From an uncultured Candidatus Saccharibacteria bacterium (GTDB taxonomy: Bacteria; Patescibacteriota; Minisyncoccia; Phycocordibacterales; UBA918): 64,000 bases of DNA. Shown here piece by piece: positions 46,443-56,036 of the stretch (the stretch's first letter is position 1; the number at the start of each line of letters is the position of its first letter). Where the stretch lies: the NCBI GenBank assembly GCA_964425625.1, contig CAYRMI010000001.1, positions 866 to 64,865 on the forward strand, read 5' to 3'. The notes below the pieces were generated by a model. It did no database searches. It worked only from the letters and a program-made list of their open reading frames with translations, and had not been told where the DNA came from. A program made the translations under genes and the position numbers.

Positions 46443-47762
46443 CTAGTCATTTATTGGAACAGTCACAATAACATGTGTACCCACACCTTTAATTGACTCC
46501 AATTCAATTTTTCCACCCAATTGTTGCACTAATTGTCGGGTAATCCACATACCAAGACCGGTGCCAGTCACCGATTCGAGTTGACTTTTATCACCTACTC
46601 GTACAAAGGGTGAAAAAACTTTCTTTTGGTCATCAGCACTAATACCCCTTCCGGTATCAGCCACGATAATATTAATATCTTTAAAACTCTTTTCCAGTGA
46701 GACAGTAATGGTGCCGCTTGGGGTGTATTTGATGGCGTTACTTAAAACATTAGTGATTACTTGCTCAAGGCGTTTGGCGTCAGTTTTTGTCGTTATAGCT
46801 ATTTTAGGGAGAACTTTCTTTAAGACCAATCCCTTTTCGTTAGCTGTCAGTTCGGAGGCCTCAACAGTTCTCGTTATCAAACTAGTAATGTCAGTCTCAG
46901 ACCAAGTCAAAGGTAGTTGCCCAGATTGAATTCGGGCTGCTTCTAGAAAATCGTTTACCAAATTTACCAAACGGGAGGTCGATTCACGAATTTTTTGCGC
47001 ATAACCAATTTCCGTTGGAGGTACAACTTTGGACTCCTCTATCATACTCGCATAGCCACGCATGGCCGTGAGCGGAGCTCTTAACTCATGAACTAAACTG
47101 TTCATAAAAAGGTCGCGTTCGTTTAATGTCTGACTTTTTTCTTTGTATAGATATTGGTAATTGATTTGCTTAACCAACCAATAAGTAAGAAAAATTATGA
47201 AGATGAAAATTAAAGCTAAGTAAATTAACGGTCTGTCTGCTCGAGCATAAAATATTTTATAGGTTGAAGAAAAATTATGTTCAGTAAAAATATATCGCAC
47301 AGTACCATCTAAATCAGTAATAGATCGAAAAACTTGCATCAGGTGTAAATCGGCACTTTGGTATGGGTAAACAATGGAAGTTCCTGATTTAATTAGAGCA
47401 CTCTTAAATGGTTCGGGTGTTTGAACCGTTCGATTGACTTGACCACCAAAAGCATCGTACTCAACTACCAGCAAACCATCTACTTCCTTCACTATTTGTA
47501 GCTTAACAATCTCCTTCTGCTTGGAGGTAATTAATTTTGATACTTGATCTATGGTCCCTGTCAAAATAGCCACCTCAATAGCGTCTTGGATGGTGGATAC
47601 CTCTGATACCAAAACTGTCTCCAGGTTATCTTCTGCAACATTGGCCTCTGATGTATAGAAAAATACAAATAAGAGTGGGAATATTACCACCAACACAATA
47701 ACTATCCAGAGACGCGAGTCAGTGGTAAGAGCTAGTAAACCACGATGAAAAATCTGCATCAT
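46443..47762 (-). CDS. sensor histidine kinase (membrane-bound, orphan: no response regulator adjacent)
   Basis: 439 aa; two TM helices flanking an extracytoplasmic domain; H-box LVHELRAPLTAM; N, G1, G2 boxes (NAIKYT, DTGRGI, GTGLGM). Confidence 0.8.
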   Translation of the reverse strand: MMQIFHRGLLALTTDSRLWIVIVLVVIFPLLFVFFYTSEANVAEDNLETVLVSEVSTIQDAIEVAILTGTIDQVSKLITSKQKEIVKLQIVKEVDGLLVVEYDAFGGQVNRTVQTPEPFKSALIKSGTSIVYPYQSADLHLMQVFRSITDLDGTVRYIFTEHNFSSTYKIFYARADRPLIYLALIFIFIIFLTYWLVKQINYQYLYKEKSQTLNERDLFMNSLVHELRAPLTAMRGYASMIEESKVVPPTEIGYAQKIRESTSRLVNLVNDFLEAARIQSGQLPLTWSETDITSLITRTVEASELTANEKGLVLKKVLPKIAITTKTDAKRLEQVITNVLSNAIKYTPSGTITVSLEKSFKDINIIVADTGRGISADDQKKVFSPFVRVGDKSQLESVTGTGLGMWITRQLVQQLGGKIELESIKGVGTHVIVTVPIND

Positions 47763-47764
47763 AG

Positions 47765-50263
47765 CTATGAGGTTACGATTTTTACTTTTTCTTGGCGTAG
47801 GCTTTGACCTAATAAGAGAAGAATTAATCCAAAAGCTACTACTCCCATAGCAGCTACCAGATTATAGGTTTTTTCAACTGGTGTAGTTGCATCGGACATT
47901 GAAGTTATAGGCGCTACTTCTGGTGATTCAACGTAAGTGAAGGCCTCAGCTTGCTTTACAAAACGGAAAGGCTCACTACGAACCACAATATCTCCTTGAT
48001 TATCTGTTAAAGCCACGTAGACTTCATGCTCTCCATCTTCTAGTTCCTTGGAGAAAGTGTATGAGAAACTTCCGTCGTCTTTGGTTTTTACAGTTACTAC
48101 GATTGGATCACTGAAGATATATAGAGTTACAAAACTGTTTGGAAGTCCATATCCAGAAATTTCAGACTGGACTAGCGGTTTACTATTTTCCTCTTCATAT
48201 ACCAGTAGAGGACTAACAGACTTCACTCTGAGTAAAGTATCATCAATATGATTCACCTCTTTAGGGGAAGCGAAGCTGATTATTGCTTCGGGTTTAGCAC
48301 TTAGCGGATCATAACCAAGACTTATCTCCACCCCATCATTTACCCCATCGCCATCAGTATCTGGTGAACTGGGATTTGTCACATAAAGAAGATACTCGTC
48401 ATAGTCAGTTAAACCATCTTTGTCAGTATCAACTTTGCTAGCTTCTTTAGTGCGTTCAACTTTAAGACTTTCAACCTTCTTAACCTGTTCCTTTACTTCA
48501 CTGATCTTATTTTGTAAATCTACTTCAAGATTATATATAGACCCTTCATCTCTGATTGATAATTTCCTCTCAGTCAAAATATAGTCAATTTTATCTGCTA
48601 GTTCAGCTTCACTCAGGCGTAAATTATTTTCATCACCGGACTGAATCGCTGAAGCGTACCGACGAAATAGATCGTTAAATTCAGGTTTGAATTCCATCAG
48701 GATTTCTTTAGCCTGTTGCATCTCCGGTGTAGTTGTTGGAGAAGAGGTTGCAGTAGTAGTCTCAAGGATTTTTGGTAAAAGTGGTTCTTGTGGATTAAGT
48801 AGTACAGCTATTTGGCTACTAGTAGAATTAGCAATTTCTGCTATCTGTGTCCTTATAACTTCTTTTGTATCTTGATATTCTGGCGTTTGGGTATAGGTTG
48901 GTTTAATATATGAATTTTCAAAATTTACCGTAAATGTCTCTTTTAACTGACTATTATCTATTGCTCTAGCGATAATTTGGTATCTACCAGCCGGTAAGGA
49001 TGTTCCGTCAAGCCAGTACACAAAACCAGTATCAGTACGAGAAGCTATGCCCAAAAAGAGCGTCTGCCTCGAGTTATCAGCTCTGGCGTAGATTTCTATT
49101 GATGCATAACGGTAAGTTGGTTTAATGATTATTTTATAGCTATTTTTTAAAATACTAGGGACTAACTCTATGTTTGATTCTCTATTGGGCTCTATAGCAA
49201 GATTTGAAGTAGTGGCTAGCTTTGTTTCATCAGCCGGTAAAAGCTCTGGGTTATCAATATTTGTAACTACTTCTCCTATTTCCATCTCGTCTTCTATAAT
49301 ATCCGGCACCGGCATGCTCACTTCAATGGTTTCTTTAATACTCGTCTGAGCATCCGCTTCGGTTTTGTCTTCACTGGAGCTAACGCTAGAGTCTGTCTTA
49401 GAAATTGATACATTAGTAGATTCTGTTGTTGTAGTACTCGCTTTTGAATCTTCAGCTTCCTGTACGGTATCGTTTGTCAAGATAATTTCTGGTGCCAAAA
49501 CTTTAAAATACGGACCGGGTAATTCTGATTTTGTTATACCGTCTTCGGCTACTACTCTGACCAAGACTTTGTAATCTCCGGAAGGCAGTGTCTTTGTTGG
49601 TAGTAGGTAAACAAAATTACCATCTGTATTTTGACTGGAGGGCAAAAGAACGGTTCTTTGTTGTGTTTGTCTGGAAATATACAAAAGACTATGCTCCTTG
49701 ACATGCAAGATGGAGACTATAAGTTCTGTATCTCTATCTTGCTCTACTTGTGGTGTATTTAAAAATTTAACAACTGGCTTTAGAGCTGTTTGCATTTCAC
49801 CATCGGTTGCATTATCTACCTGGCACTTATCTCCAGAACAGATAACCGAAGCTAAAAACTGGCTTGACAAAGACGCTGCTGGTGTAGTTAAAAAGAAAAT
49901 CGACAAAAAACCGAGCACTATGAATATATAGCCAAAAACTTGAGCAATTGGTCTGGCAACAATAGGAGAGTTTTGCTGATACCACTGGCTATAAATATTG
50001 GCTTTTTCCCTCAGTCTTAAACTAATATTCCCCGTAGTAAAACTTACGGTCTCGAGTTCTTCATTTTTTATTATTTTTTTGGAACTAGTAGCACTTACTT
50101 TTGCTTCTAAGCTTTTTTTTGCGACTGGTTTCTTCTTCGGTAAGCTCTTTTCAACCGCACCCTTTACTAAGGTTGTCTTTATACTTGGCTTGGAGAGAGT
50201 TTTCTTGGGCACCACCTTAAAAACTGCTTTACGAGGTACTCGCTTTTTGGGTTTCGGGTCCAT
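47765..50263 (-). CDS. large hypothetical cell-surface protein with thrombospondin-type-3-like calcium-binding repeats and N- and C-terminal TM segments
   Basis: 832 aa; DTDKDGLTDYDE ... DTDGDGVNDGVE repeats (DxDxDG), Ser/Thr-rich linkers, basic N-terminus then a TM helix, C-terminal hydrophobic anchor; stop lies 2 nt before the kinase start codon. Confidence 0.55.
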   Translation of the reverse strand: MDPKPKKRVPRKAVFKVVPKKTLSKPSIKTTLVKGAVEKSLPKKKPVAKKSLEAKVSATSSKKIIKNEELETVSFTTGNISLRLREKANIYSQWYQQNSPIVARPIAQVFGYIFIVLGFLSIFFLTTPAASLSSQFLASVICSGDKCQVDNATDGEMQTALKPVVKFLNTPQVEQDRDTELIVSILHVKEHSLLYISRQTQQRTVLLPSSQNTDGNFVYLLPTKTLPSGDYKVLVRVVAEDGITKSELPGPYFKVLAPEIILTNDTVQEAEDSKASTTTTESTNVSISKTDSSVSSSEDKTEADAQTSIKETIEVSMPVPDIIEDEMEIGEVVTNIDNPELLPADETKLATTSNLAIEPNRESNIELVPSILKNSYKIIIKPTYRYASIEIYARADNSRQTLFLGIASRTDTGFVYWLDGTSLPAGRYQIIARAIDNSQLKETFTVNFENSYIKPTYTQTPEYQDTKEVIRTQIAEIANSTSSQIAVLLNPQEPLLPKILETTTATSSPTTTPEMQQAKEILMEFKPEFNDLFRRYASAIQSGDENNLRLSEAELADKIDYILTERKLSIRDEGSIYNLEVDLQNKISEVKEQVKKVESLKVERTKEASKVDTDKDGLTDYDEYLLYVTNPSSPDTDGDGVNDGVEISLGYDPLSAKPEAIISFASPKEVNHIDDTLLRVKSVSPLLVYEEENSKPLVQSEISGYGLPNSFVTLYIFSDPIVVTVKTKDDGSFSYTFSKELEDGEHEVYVALTDNQGDIVVRSEPFRFVKQAEAFTYVESPEVAPITSMSDATTPVEKTYNLVAAMGVVAFGLILLLLGQSLRQEKVKIVTS

Positions 50264-50309
50264 AGATTACTGAATTATACTCCCTCCACCATATTTCTAT
50301 AACCAGTTA

Positions 50310-52364
50310 TTAACGTTTTGCTTTTTTCTTCTTTTTATCATTTAGTAAGCCGTCGAGGTAACGTAGCTCATCTCGTAAAATAGCAGCTGTTTCGAAGTCC
50401 AAAATTGCTACCGCTTCGTCCATCTGTCGTTTCTTATCTTTCATAACCGCTTTGGGATTGGCGTTAAACAGTGATACATCTACCTTAAGTAAAGTATCCA
50501 CAGTTTCATCATGCAAAGTACGCATTTGATCAGTAATGGATTTAATTTCCTTGGCAATAGTGGTCGGGGTAATGCCGTGTTGTTTGTTATAAGCTACTTG
50601 TATTGCTCGGCGACGATTAGTTTCCTCTACGGCGGAAGTTAACGCCTTGGTCATCTCATCAGCATATAAGACTACGCGTCCGCGAACATTTCGGGCGGCG
50701 CGACCAATCGTCTGTATCAAAGCTGTCTCGCTCCGTAAGAAACCTTCTTTATCAGCATCCAGTATCGCTACCAACTCAACTTCTGGAAGGTCTAAACCTT
50801 CGCGCAGAAGGTTAACCCCCACCAAGCAGTCAAACTTACCTCGTCTAAAGTCCGTTAAAATTTCGATTCGTTCAATTGTATCAACATCACTATGGATGTA
50901 CTTGGTATTAATATTTTTCTCAGTGAGAAACTCAGCCAGGTCCTCAGCCATCTTTTTGGTTAAGGTAGTGGTCAAGACACGAGCGCCACTTTTGATAACT
51001 TTCTCGGCTTCGGCGATAAAGTCTTTTACTTGGCCAGGATAATCACCTTTACCAGTCACTGGACGTAGGTCAATCTCCGGGTCAACTAGTCCGGTCGGAC
51101 GAATGATTTGCTCAACCATCGGTATACCGGTTTCCTCTAGCTTGGCATATTCGTATTTACCGGGTGTGGCAGAAGTATAAATACGCTGACCAATTCTCTC
51201 TTCAAATTCAGCAAACTTAAGTGGTCGGTTATCGACCGCACTAGGAAGACGAAAACCGAACTCTACCAAGGTGTCCTTACGTGAACGATCACCGGCGTAC
51301 ATACCACCCACTTGGGGGATAGTTACGTGAGACTCATCGATAATAGTCAAAAAGTCTGGTTTACCATCATTGGTGTGCGGAAAATATGATAGTAGCGTGT
51401 ATGGAGCTTCGCCGGGTTTTCGTCGGTCAAAGTGCCGTGAGTAGTTTTCAATGCCATTGCAATAGCCGACCTCACGCATCAAAGCCAAATCATGCTGGGT
51501 ACGTCGACGTAGACGCTCGGCTTCGAGCAACTTCCCTTCCTTCTTAAACTTCCTTAGTTGCTCTTCTAGTTCTAATTCGATGTCTTTAATCGCCACTTTT
51601 CGTTCCTCCTCAGGTGTCACGAAGTGCTTGGCTGGGAAGAGAAAGAAAACTTCCGGTTCATTAATGATTTCGCGAGTAACGGCATCGATTTTGGTGATAG
51701 TGGAAATGTTGTTGCCAGTAAAACCAAGACGAAAAATCACACGCTCGTTCGTGGGCATGATCTCGATCGTGTTACCAACTGCCCGAAAGCTACCGGGTGT
51801 AAGGTCAGCATTGGTCCGTTCAAAATAAAGACCAATTAAGGTGCGGAGCATATCAGCCCTGGTAGTAGAGTAGCCTCGTTCAATTTTTAAGTGCTTCTTT
51901 AGATATTCTGCTGGTGCACCAAGACCATAGATACAAGAAACCGAAGCGACAATAATCACGTCCTGGCGAGTTAAGAGAGCTTGGGTAGAGGCGTGGCGTA
52001 GTCGGTCAATCTCTTCGTTAATCTGTGCCTCTTTTTCGATATAGGTATCGGAAGTTGGCATGTAAGCCTCGGGCTGGTAGTAGTCATAGTATGAGACAAA
52101 AAAATGAACAGCGTTCTCCGGAAAGAAATCGCGATACTCTTGGGCTAGTTGAGCGGCTAGAGTTTTATTATGAGCAATCACCAAAGTTGGCTTTTGCACA
52201 TGCTGGATGACATTAGCAGCGGTAAAGGTCTTACCGGAGCCAGTCACACCAAGAAGCGTCTGGTGCGTATGCCCAGCTTCAATCCCCTTAATAAGCTTAG
52301 CTATCGCTTTGGGCTGATCCCCGGCCGGCGTCTTTTCGGTTGAGATTTTAAACATAATTTTCAA
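50310..52364 (-). CDS. uvrB: excinuclease ABC subunit B
   Basis: 684 aa; helicase motif I GVTGSGKTFT, beta-hairpin region, DEAD-like motifs, C-terminal UVR domain (AAILRDELRYL). Confidence 0.9.
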   Translation of the reverse strand: MKIMFKISTEKTPAGDQPKAIAKLIKGIEAGHTHQTLLGVTGSGKTFTAANVIQHVQKPTLVIAHNKTLAAQLAQEYRDFFPENAVHFFVSYYDYYQPEAYMPTSDTYIEKEAQINEEIDRLRHASTQALLTRQDVIIVASVSCIYGLGAPAEYLKKHLKIERGYSTTRADMLRTLIGLYFERTNADLTPGSFRAVGNTIEIMPTNERVIFRLGFTGNNISTITKIDAVTREIINEPEVFFLFPAKHFVTPEEERKVAIKDIELELEEQLRKFKKEGKLLEAERLRRRTQHDLALMREVGYCNGIENYSRHFDRRKPGEAPYTLLSYFPHTNDGKPDFLTIIDESHVTIPQVGGMYAGDRSRKDTLVEFGFRLPSAVDNRPLKFAEFEERIGQRIYTSATPGKYEYAKLEETGIPMVEQIIRPTGLVDPEIDLRPVTGKGDYPGQVKDFIAEAEKVIKSGARVLTTTLTKKMAEDLAEFLTEKNINTKYIHSDVDTIERIEILTDFRRGKFDCLVGVNLLREGLDLPEVELVAILDADKEGFLRSETALIQTIGRAARNVRGRVVLYADEMTKALTSAVEETNRRRAIQVAYNKQHGITPTTIAKEIKSITDQMRTLHDETVDTLLKVDVSLFNANPKAVMKDKKRQMDEAVAILDFETAAILRDELRYLDGLLNDKKKKKAKR

Positions 52365-52529
52365 CTGATATTAGCATAAATATGCCTAAAATTGCTTATC
52401 GTAATCAAATGGCGCTAATGTTGGTGATCCCCACACCCGGAGATGAATCAGAACACACAAATGGCAATAATAACGGACTTACCCCCTTATTCCAAGACAG
52501 AGCTAGTCATATTGGTACCCGACAGAATA

Positions 52530-53771
52530 TTAAGCCTCCATCAATTGCTGGCGGAGTTGCTTGGTGAAGTTGACGATGTAGTGGAGGTTATGGATGGAGG
52601 CTAGTTGTGGGCCGAGCATTTCCTTGGCGCGGAAGAGATGGGCTAGGTAGGCTTTGGTATAGATGGTGGCGACGTAACCCTCACTTAACGGATCAAGTAG
52701 ACTTAGGTCATTACGGTATTTTTCATTATTTAAATTTATCTTCGCCGTTTCGGGATAGGTAATGCGTCCACACTTACTTTTCACCATTTTGCCGGTAGCC
52801 ACATAGATGGTACCAGTGCGACCGATTCTCGTCGGCGCCACACAATCAAAAGTATCACAGCCTTGCAGTACCCCTTCAACAATATCTTCCGGCTCCCCTA
52901 TCCCGAGCAAGTGCCGAGGTTTATCTTCCGGCAAAATTTCATTTACTACTTTTAGCGAATCACCGAGGTCTTCCTTGGAAAAACTTCCCCCAATCCCAAA
53001 GCCAGCAAAATCCATGGCCGAGAGAGTACGAGCACTTTCTTGGCGCAAGTCAGTGTAGCGTCCGCCCTGCACTACGCCATAGAGTCCTTGCTTTTTAATT
53101 GCTTCGTAGTTTTGTTTGTGGGCCATGATACTACGCTTAGCCCAGCGGTGGGTTCTATCCATGGCTTCTTTTTGGTATTGGTAATCAGCCGTTGGACTAG
53201 TGCATTCATCGAAAGCCACGATAATATCTGCCCCGATGGCTTGTTGGATTTCAATTGAGCGTTCAGCTGTAAAGCGGTGCATCGAACCATCGATATGTGA
53301 AGTAAAAGTCACACCCTCTTCATCGATAATGCAGAGCTTGCCGTGCTCACTAGCAAATTCTTGTGAGTAGACATTAAGACCGTGTGGGTGTTGAATAACC
53401 GCCTCATCAGCTTCGCCTTTGGCAAACTTGGTCACTCCTTTACCAAAAGCGGCACCGAGCGAAAATACCTGAAAGCCACCAGAGTCAGTCATGGTCGGTA
53501 ATTGCCAATTGGAAAACTTATGCAATCCACCAGCCGCTTTAATTATTTCATGTCCAGGCTGGAGGAAAAGATGATAGGTATTTGCTAAAGCAACCTGATT
53601 ACCCACATATTTAAGCATCTCTTCCGGCATAACGGCTTTAATCGTCCCTTTTGTCCCAACGGTCACAAAAGCCGGCGTCTCTATATAGCCATGCGGAGTA
53701 TGAATAACCCCAGCTCGAGCTAGTGTATTTACCATCTTCTTAATAATAGTAAAGGTGACTGGTTGTGACAT
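52530..53771 (-). CDS. tgt: queuine tRNA-ribosyltransferase
   Basis: 413 aa; Tgt blocks (TPHG.IETPAF...VGT, DSGGFQV, zinc CxCxxC...H region near the C-terminus). Confidence 0.85.
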   Translation of the reverse strand: MSQPVTFTIIKKMVNTLARAGVIHTPHGYIETPAFVTVGTKGTIKAVMPEEMLKYVGNQVALANTYHLFLQPGHEIIKAAGGLHKFSNWQLPTMTDSGGFQVFSLGAAFGKGVTKFAKGEADEAVIQHPHGLNVYSQEFASEHGKLCIIDEEGVTFTSHIDGSMHRFTAERSIEIQQAIGADIIVAFDECTSPTADYQYQKEAMDRTHRWAKRSIMAHKQNYEAIKKQGLYGVVQGGRYTDLRQESARTLSAMDFAGFGIGGSFSKEDLGDSLKVVNEILPEDKPRHLLGIGEPEDIVEGVLQGCDTFDCVAPTRIGRTGTIYVATGKMVKSKCGRITYPETAKINLNNEKYRNDLSLLDPLSEGYVATIYTKAYLAHLFRAKEMLGPQLASIHNLHYIVNFTKQLRQQLMEA

Positions 53772-53794
53772 GATATTTAGCCTACTTGTTTACA

Positions 53795-53922
53795 AAAGCA
53801 CTTACTATACTGTGAGGAAACTCTGGAGCTCACAAGCTTGGTCTCCCTTAGGAGTTGTGAGCGAAGCGTTAGTATTCGTCCGCAGGAGACGAATACGATC
53901 CGAACAGTATAGTAAGTGCTTT
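53795..53922 (-). ncRNA. structured intergenic element (nested hairpins; candidate complex terminator, attenuator or small ncRNA) between fkbp and tgt
   Basis: 19-bp outer stem (AAAGCACTTACTATACTGT / ACAGTATAGTAAGTGCTTT) enclosing two inner hairpins (GAGCTCACAA...TTGTGAGC; GTATTCGTC...GACGAATAC); U-run follows on the minus strand. The track ORF 53777..54052 overlaps it and is rejected. Confidence 0.35.
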
Positions 53923-53936
53923 GTTTAGGAAATAAT

Positions 53937-54485
53937 CTATTTAATCGCCAGCAGGTCAATAGCAAACACCAAGGTCGCATTCCCCGGGATAGGTCCAATG
54001 CCGTTCTTACCATATGCCAAATCTGGTGGAATAACGAGAATTCTTTGGCCACCTACCTTCATACCAACTAGTCCTTGTTCCCAACCTTTAATCACTCTAC
54101 CTTCGCCGACAGTAAACTCAAAGGGGGTTCCTCTTTTGTTGGAATTATCAAATTCATAGCCATCCTGCAGTGTTCCAATATAATGTACCGAAACAGTATC
54201 TCCTTCTTTTACTTCATCTCCTACTCCAATCTTGATATCGTCTATAACCATTTTATTTAAATTACCTGTTTTATCAGTGGCTTGTAAGAGCGCATTGGCT
54301 CGCTCTTGGTTCTCGTTCGCGCCAGGCTGGACTACCACTACTTCATTTTTTATAAGCTGGGCAGTTTGAGCAGTAGCTAAATCGTCAGTTACCAGTAGCG
54401 ATGTCTCCACTCGAATTAAATAAAGTGCCACTGCCATACAGAGGATACTAAAGCTAATTCCTATTACTTCAAATTTACTTAACAT
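53937..54485 (-). CDS. FKBP-type peptidyl-prolyl cis-trans isomerase, membrane-anchored
   Basis: 182 aa; N-terminal TM helix; FKBP core (GDTVSVHYIGTLQDGYEFDNS...FEFTVGEGRVIKGWEQGLVGMKVGG.R.L.IPP.LAYG). Confidence 0.85.
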   Translation of the reverse strand: MLSKFEVIGISFSILCMAVALYLIRVETSLLVTDDLATAQTAQLIKNEVVVVQPGANENQERANALLQATDKTGNLNKMVIDDIKIGVGDEVKEGDTVSVHYIGTLQDGYEFDNSNKRGTPFEFTVGEGRVIKGWEQGLVGMKVGGQRILVIPPDLAYGKNGIGPIPGNATLVFAIDLLAIK

Positions 54486-54494
54486 ATTACAATA

Positions 54495-55607
54495 TTATTG
54501 GTCAATAATAGCCATTTCTGTCGAAGATGCAAGGGACCAGGATAAATTAAGCCCTGTTTCTTGTAGCGTGACTAGAGTCTCGTTGGTATTATAATCCGCT
54601 AAATTTTTATAAAAATTAACACTTTCGACTTCGGTCATCAACCGGGGCTGAGCTGGGGTATTAATAGAAGTGATGGGCAGAGCTGATATGTTTAACCCTT
54701 CATCATTAGCACTTAACTTTAAAACTAAACCTGTCTGTACTGCCTCAGAGAAGTATTGATCGAAGATAAGATTGCCCAGAGAATAAAAGACTGGTACCCC
54801 TGTTATTGTATCAATTTGCTGTATCACATGTGGGTGATGTCCAACAATTAAATCTATTCCCTGAGCAACTAAAAAAGTGGCTAACTTCCGCTGGCTACTG
54901 GTGGGCCAGTAGTTATATTCCTCTCCCCAATGAATATAAGCTATTTGCCAGTCGCTATTTGCTTTTACTACAAGAAGTAGATTGTTCAATTCTTCATCAC
55001 TAGGAACTTTATATAAGGTATGAATAGCGATGACAGCAACTTTTTTATCACTTAAATTAAAGTAGGCCACTGAGCTAGAAGAAATTATGGCTGGATGGCC
55101 AAAGGCGTAAATACCTTCGGCCATTAGACTTTCTCTGGTGTTACTGTACCCAGTCTCTCCGGCATCTAAACTGTGGTTATTAGCCAATCCCATATGAGTA
55201 AAGCCGGCTAATCTAAGGGTTGGTAAGAACTTTTGTGCCACTGAGAAGCGCATACCAAAATTTGGAGTCTTTTGGTGCACCAGAGGACTAGCCGATTCAA
55301 AATTACCGATTACATAAGCTGGTTCTCTAGACAAAAAATCTAGTTTTTTATACGGATAGTCAGTACCCTTTTTATTCATTAGAAACTCTACGTGTCGACC
55401 CAGCATGACGTCTCCTGCTAAATAAATTGTACTAGTTGATATGGACTTAGTATCAGTGATATTCAAATCCAAATTTGATTGAACTTTTACAATTTCATTA
55501 ATAGCATAGACTGGGATTAGAGATTCTAACTTTTTTGGCCAAGTGAATATTCCCACAAAAACTAAAATAAGAAATACTAATAGCGAGGCAATTACATTTT
55601 TAGTCAT
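54495..55607 (-). CDS. CapA-family metallophosphoesterase (PGA-capsule-synthesis-like)
   Basis: 370 aa; N-terminal TM anchor; calcineurin-like motifs (GDVMLGR, GNFES, ANNH, GHHPHV). Confidence 0.7.
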   Translation of the reverse strand: MTKNVIASLLVFLILVFVGIFTWPKKLESLIPVYAINEIVKVQSNLDLNITDTKSISTSTIYLAGDVMLGRHVEFLMNKKGTDYPYKKLDFLSREPAYVIGNFESASPLVHQKTPNFGMRFSVAQKFLPTLRLAGFTHMGLANNHSLDAGETGYSNTRESLMAEGIYAFGHPAIISSSSVAYFNLSDKKVAVIAIHTLYKVPSDEELNNLLLVVKANSDWQIAYIHWGEEYNYWPTSSQRKLATFLVAQGIDLIVGHHPHVIQQIDTITGVPVFYSLGNLIFDQYFSEAVQTGLVLKLSANDEGLNISALPITSINTPAQPRLMTEVESVNFYKNLADYNTNETLVTLQETGLNLSWSLASSTEMAIIDQ

Positions 55608-55609
55608 AT

Positions 55610-56029
55610 TTACCTAGCAGAGTAAGATGCTTCGGAGTGAAAAGGTCCGATTTGACTGCTATACATGGAAAATGCTATTCCGCTAAAAGCTAAAAAAAAC
55701 GCTATAATTACTAATAAAACACTCTGGTATAGGGAGATACTTTGATTTTTTTGCTTATTTACATCAACTTTTCTTATTTCAATATCTATTCCCAATAAGG
55801 CATGTACTTCGTCTGGTTTTAAACTTAAGTCGGTATGAAATAACTTATGTAAAGCAGAAGCTCTAACTAATTTATCATCAGGAATATCTCTTAAGGTTAT
55901 GATAGTTTGATTTATTTCTTCTTGGCCATAGCCAGCGTTTTGCAAAACAGAGCGAATAGCATCACCAGGGGCAGATGTGTCTATTCCATGAATTTTTAGT
56001 AGGATTTTAACTTTATCTCGCTCAATCAT
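55610..56029 (-). CDS. hypothetical membrane-anchored protein
   Basis: 139 aa; soluble N-terminal domain, C-terminal TM helix. Confidence 0.35.
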   Translation of the reverse strand: MIERDKVKILLKIHGIDTSAPGDAIRSVLQNAGYGQEEINQTIITLRDIPDDKLVRASALHKLFHTDLSLKPDEVHALLGIDIEIRKVDVNKQKNQSISLYQSVLLVIIAFFLAFSGIAFSMYSSQIGPFHSEASYSAR

Positions 56030-56036
56030 ATAAGAA

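Noticed and set aside
52382-52567. Track ORF 52382..52567 (+) in the uvrB-tgt spacer, and a search for a Cheo/LexA box upstream of uvrB
   Set aside because: The ORF has no coding character and overlaps the tgt 3' end. No GAAC-N4-GTTC-type SOS box was found by eye in 52365..52529 or upstream of uvrA
53777-54052. Track ORF 53777..54052 (-), 91 aa
   Set aside because: It overlaps the 3' end of the FKBP gene in another frame and spans the nested-hairpin element. Its N-terminus is encoded by palindromic sequence
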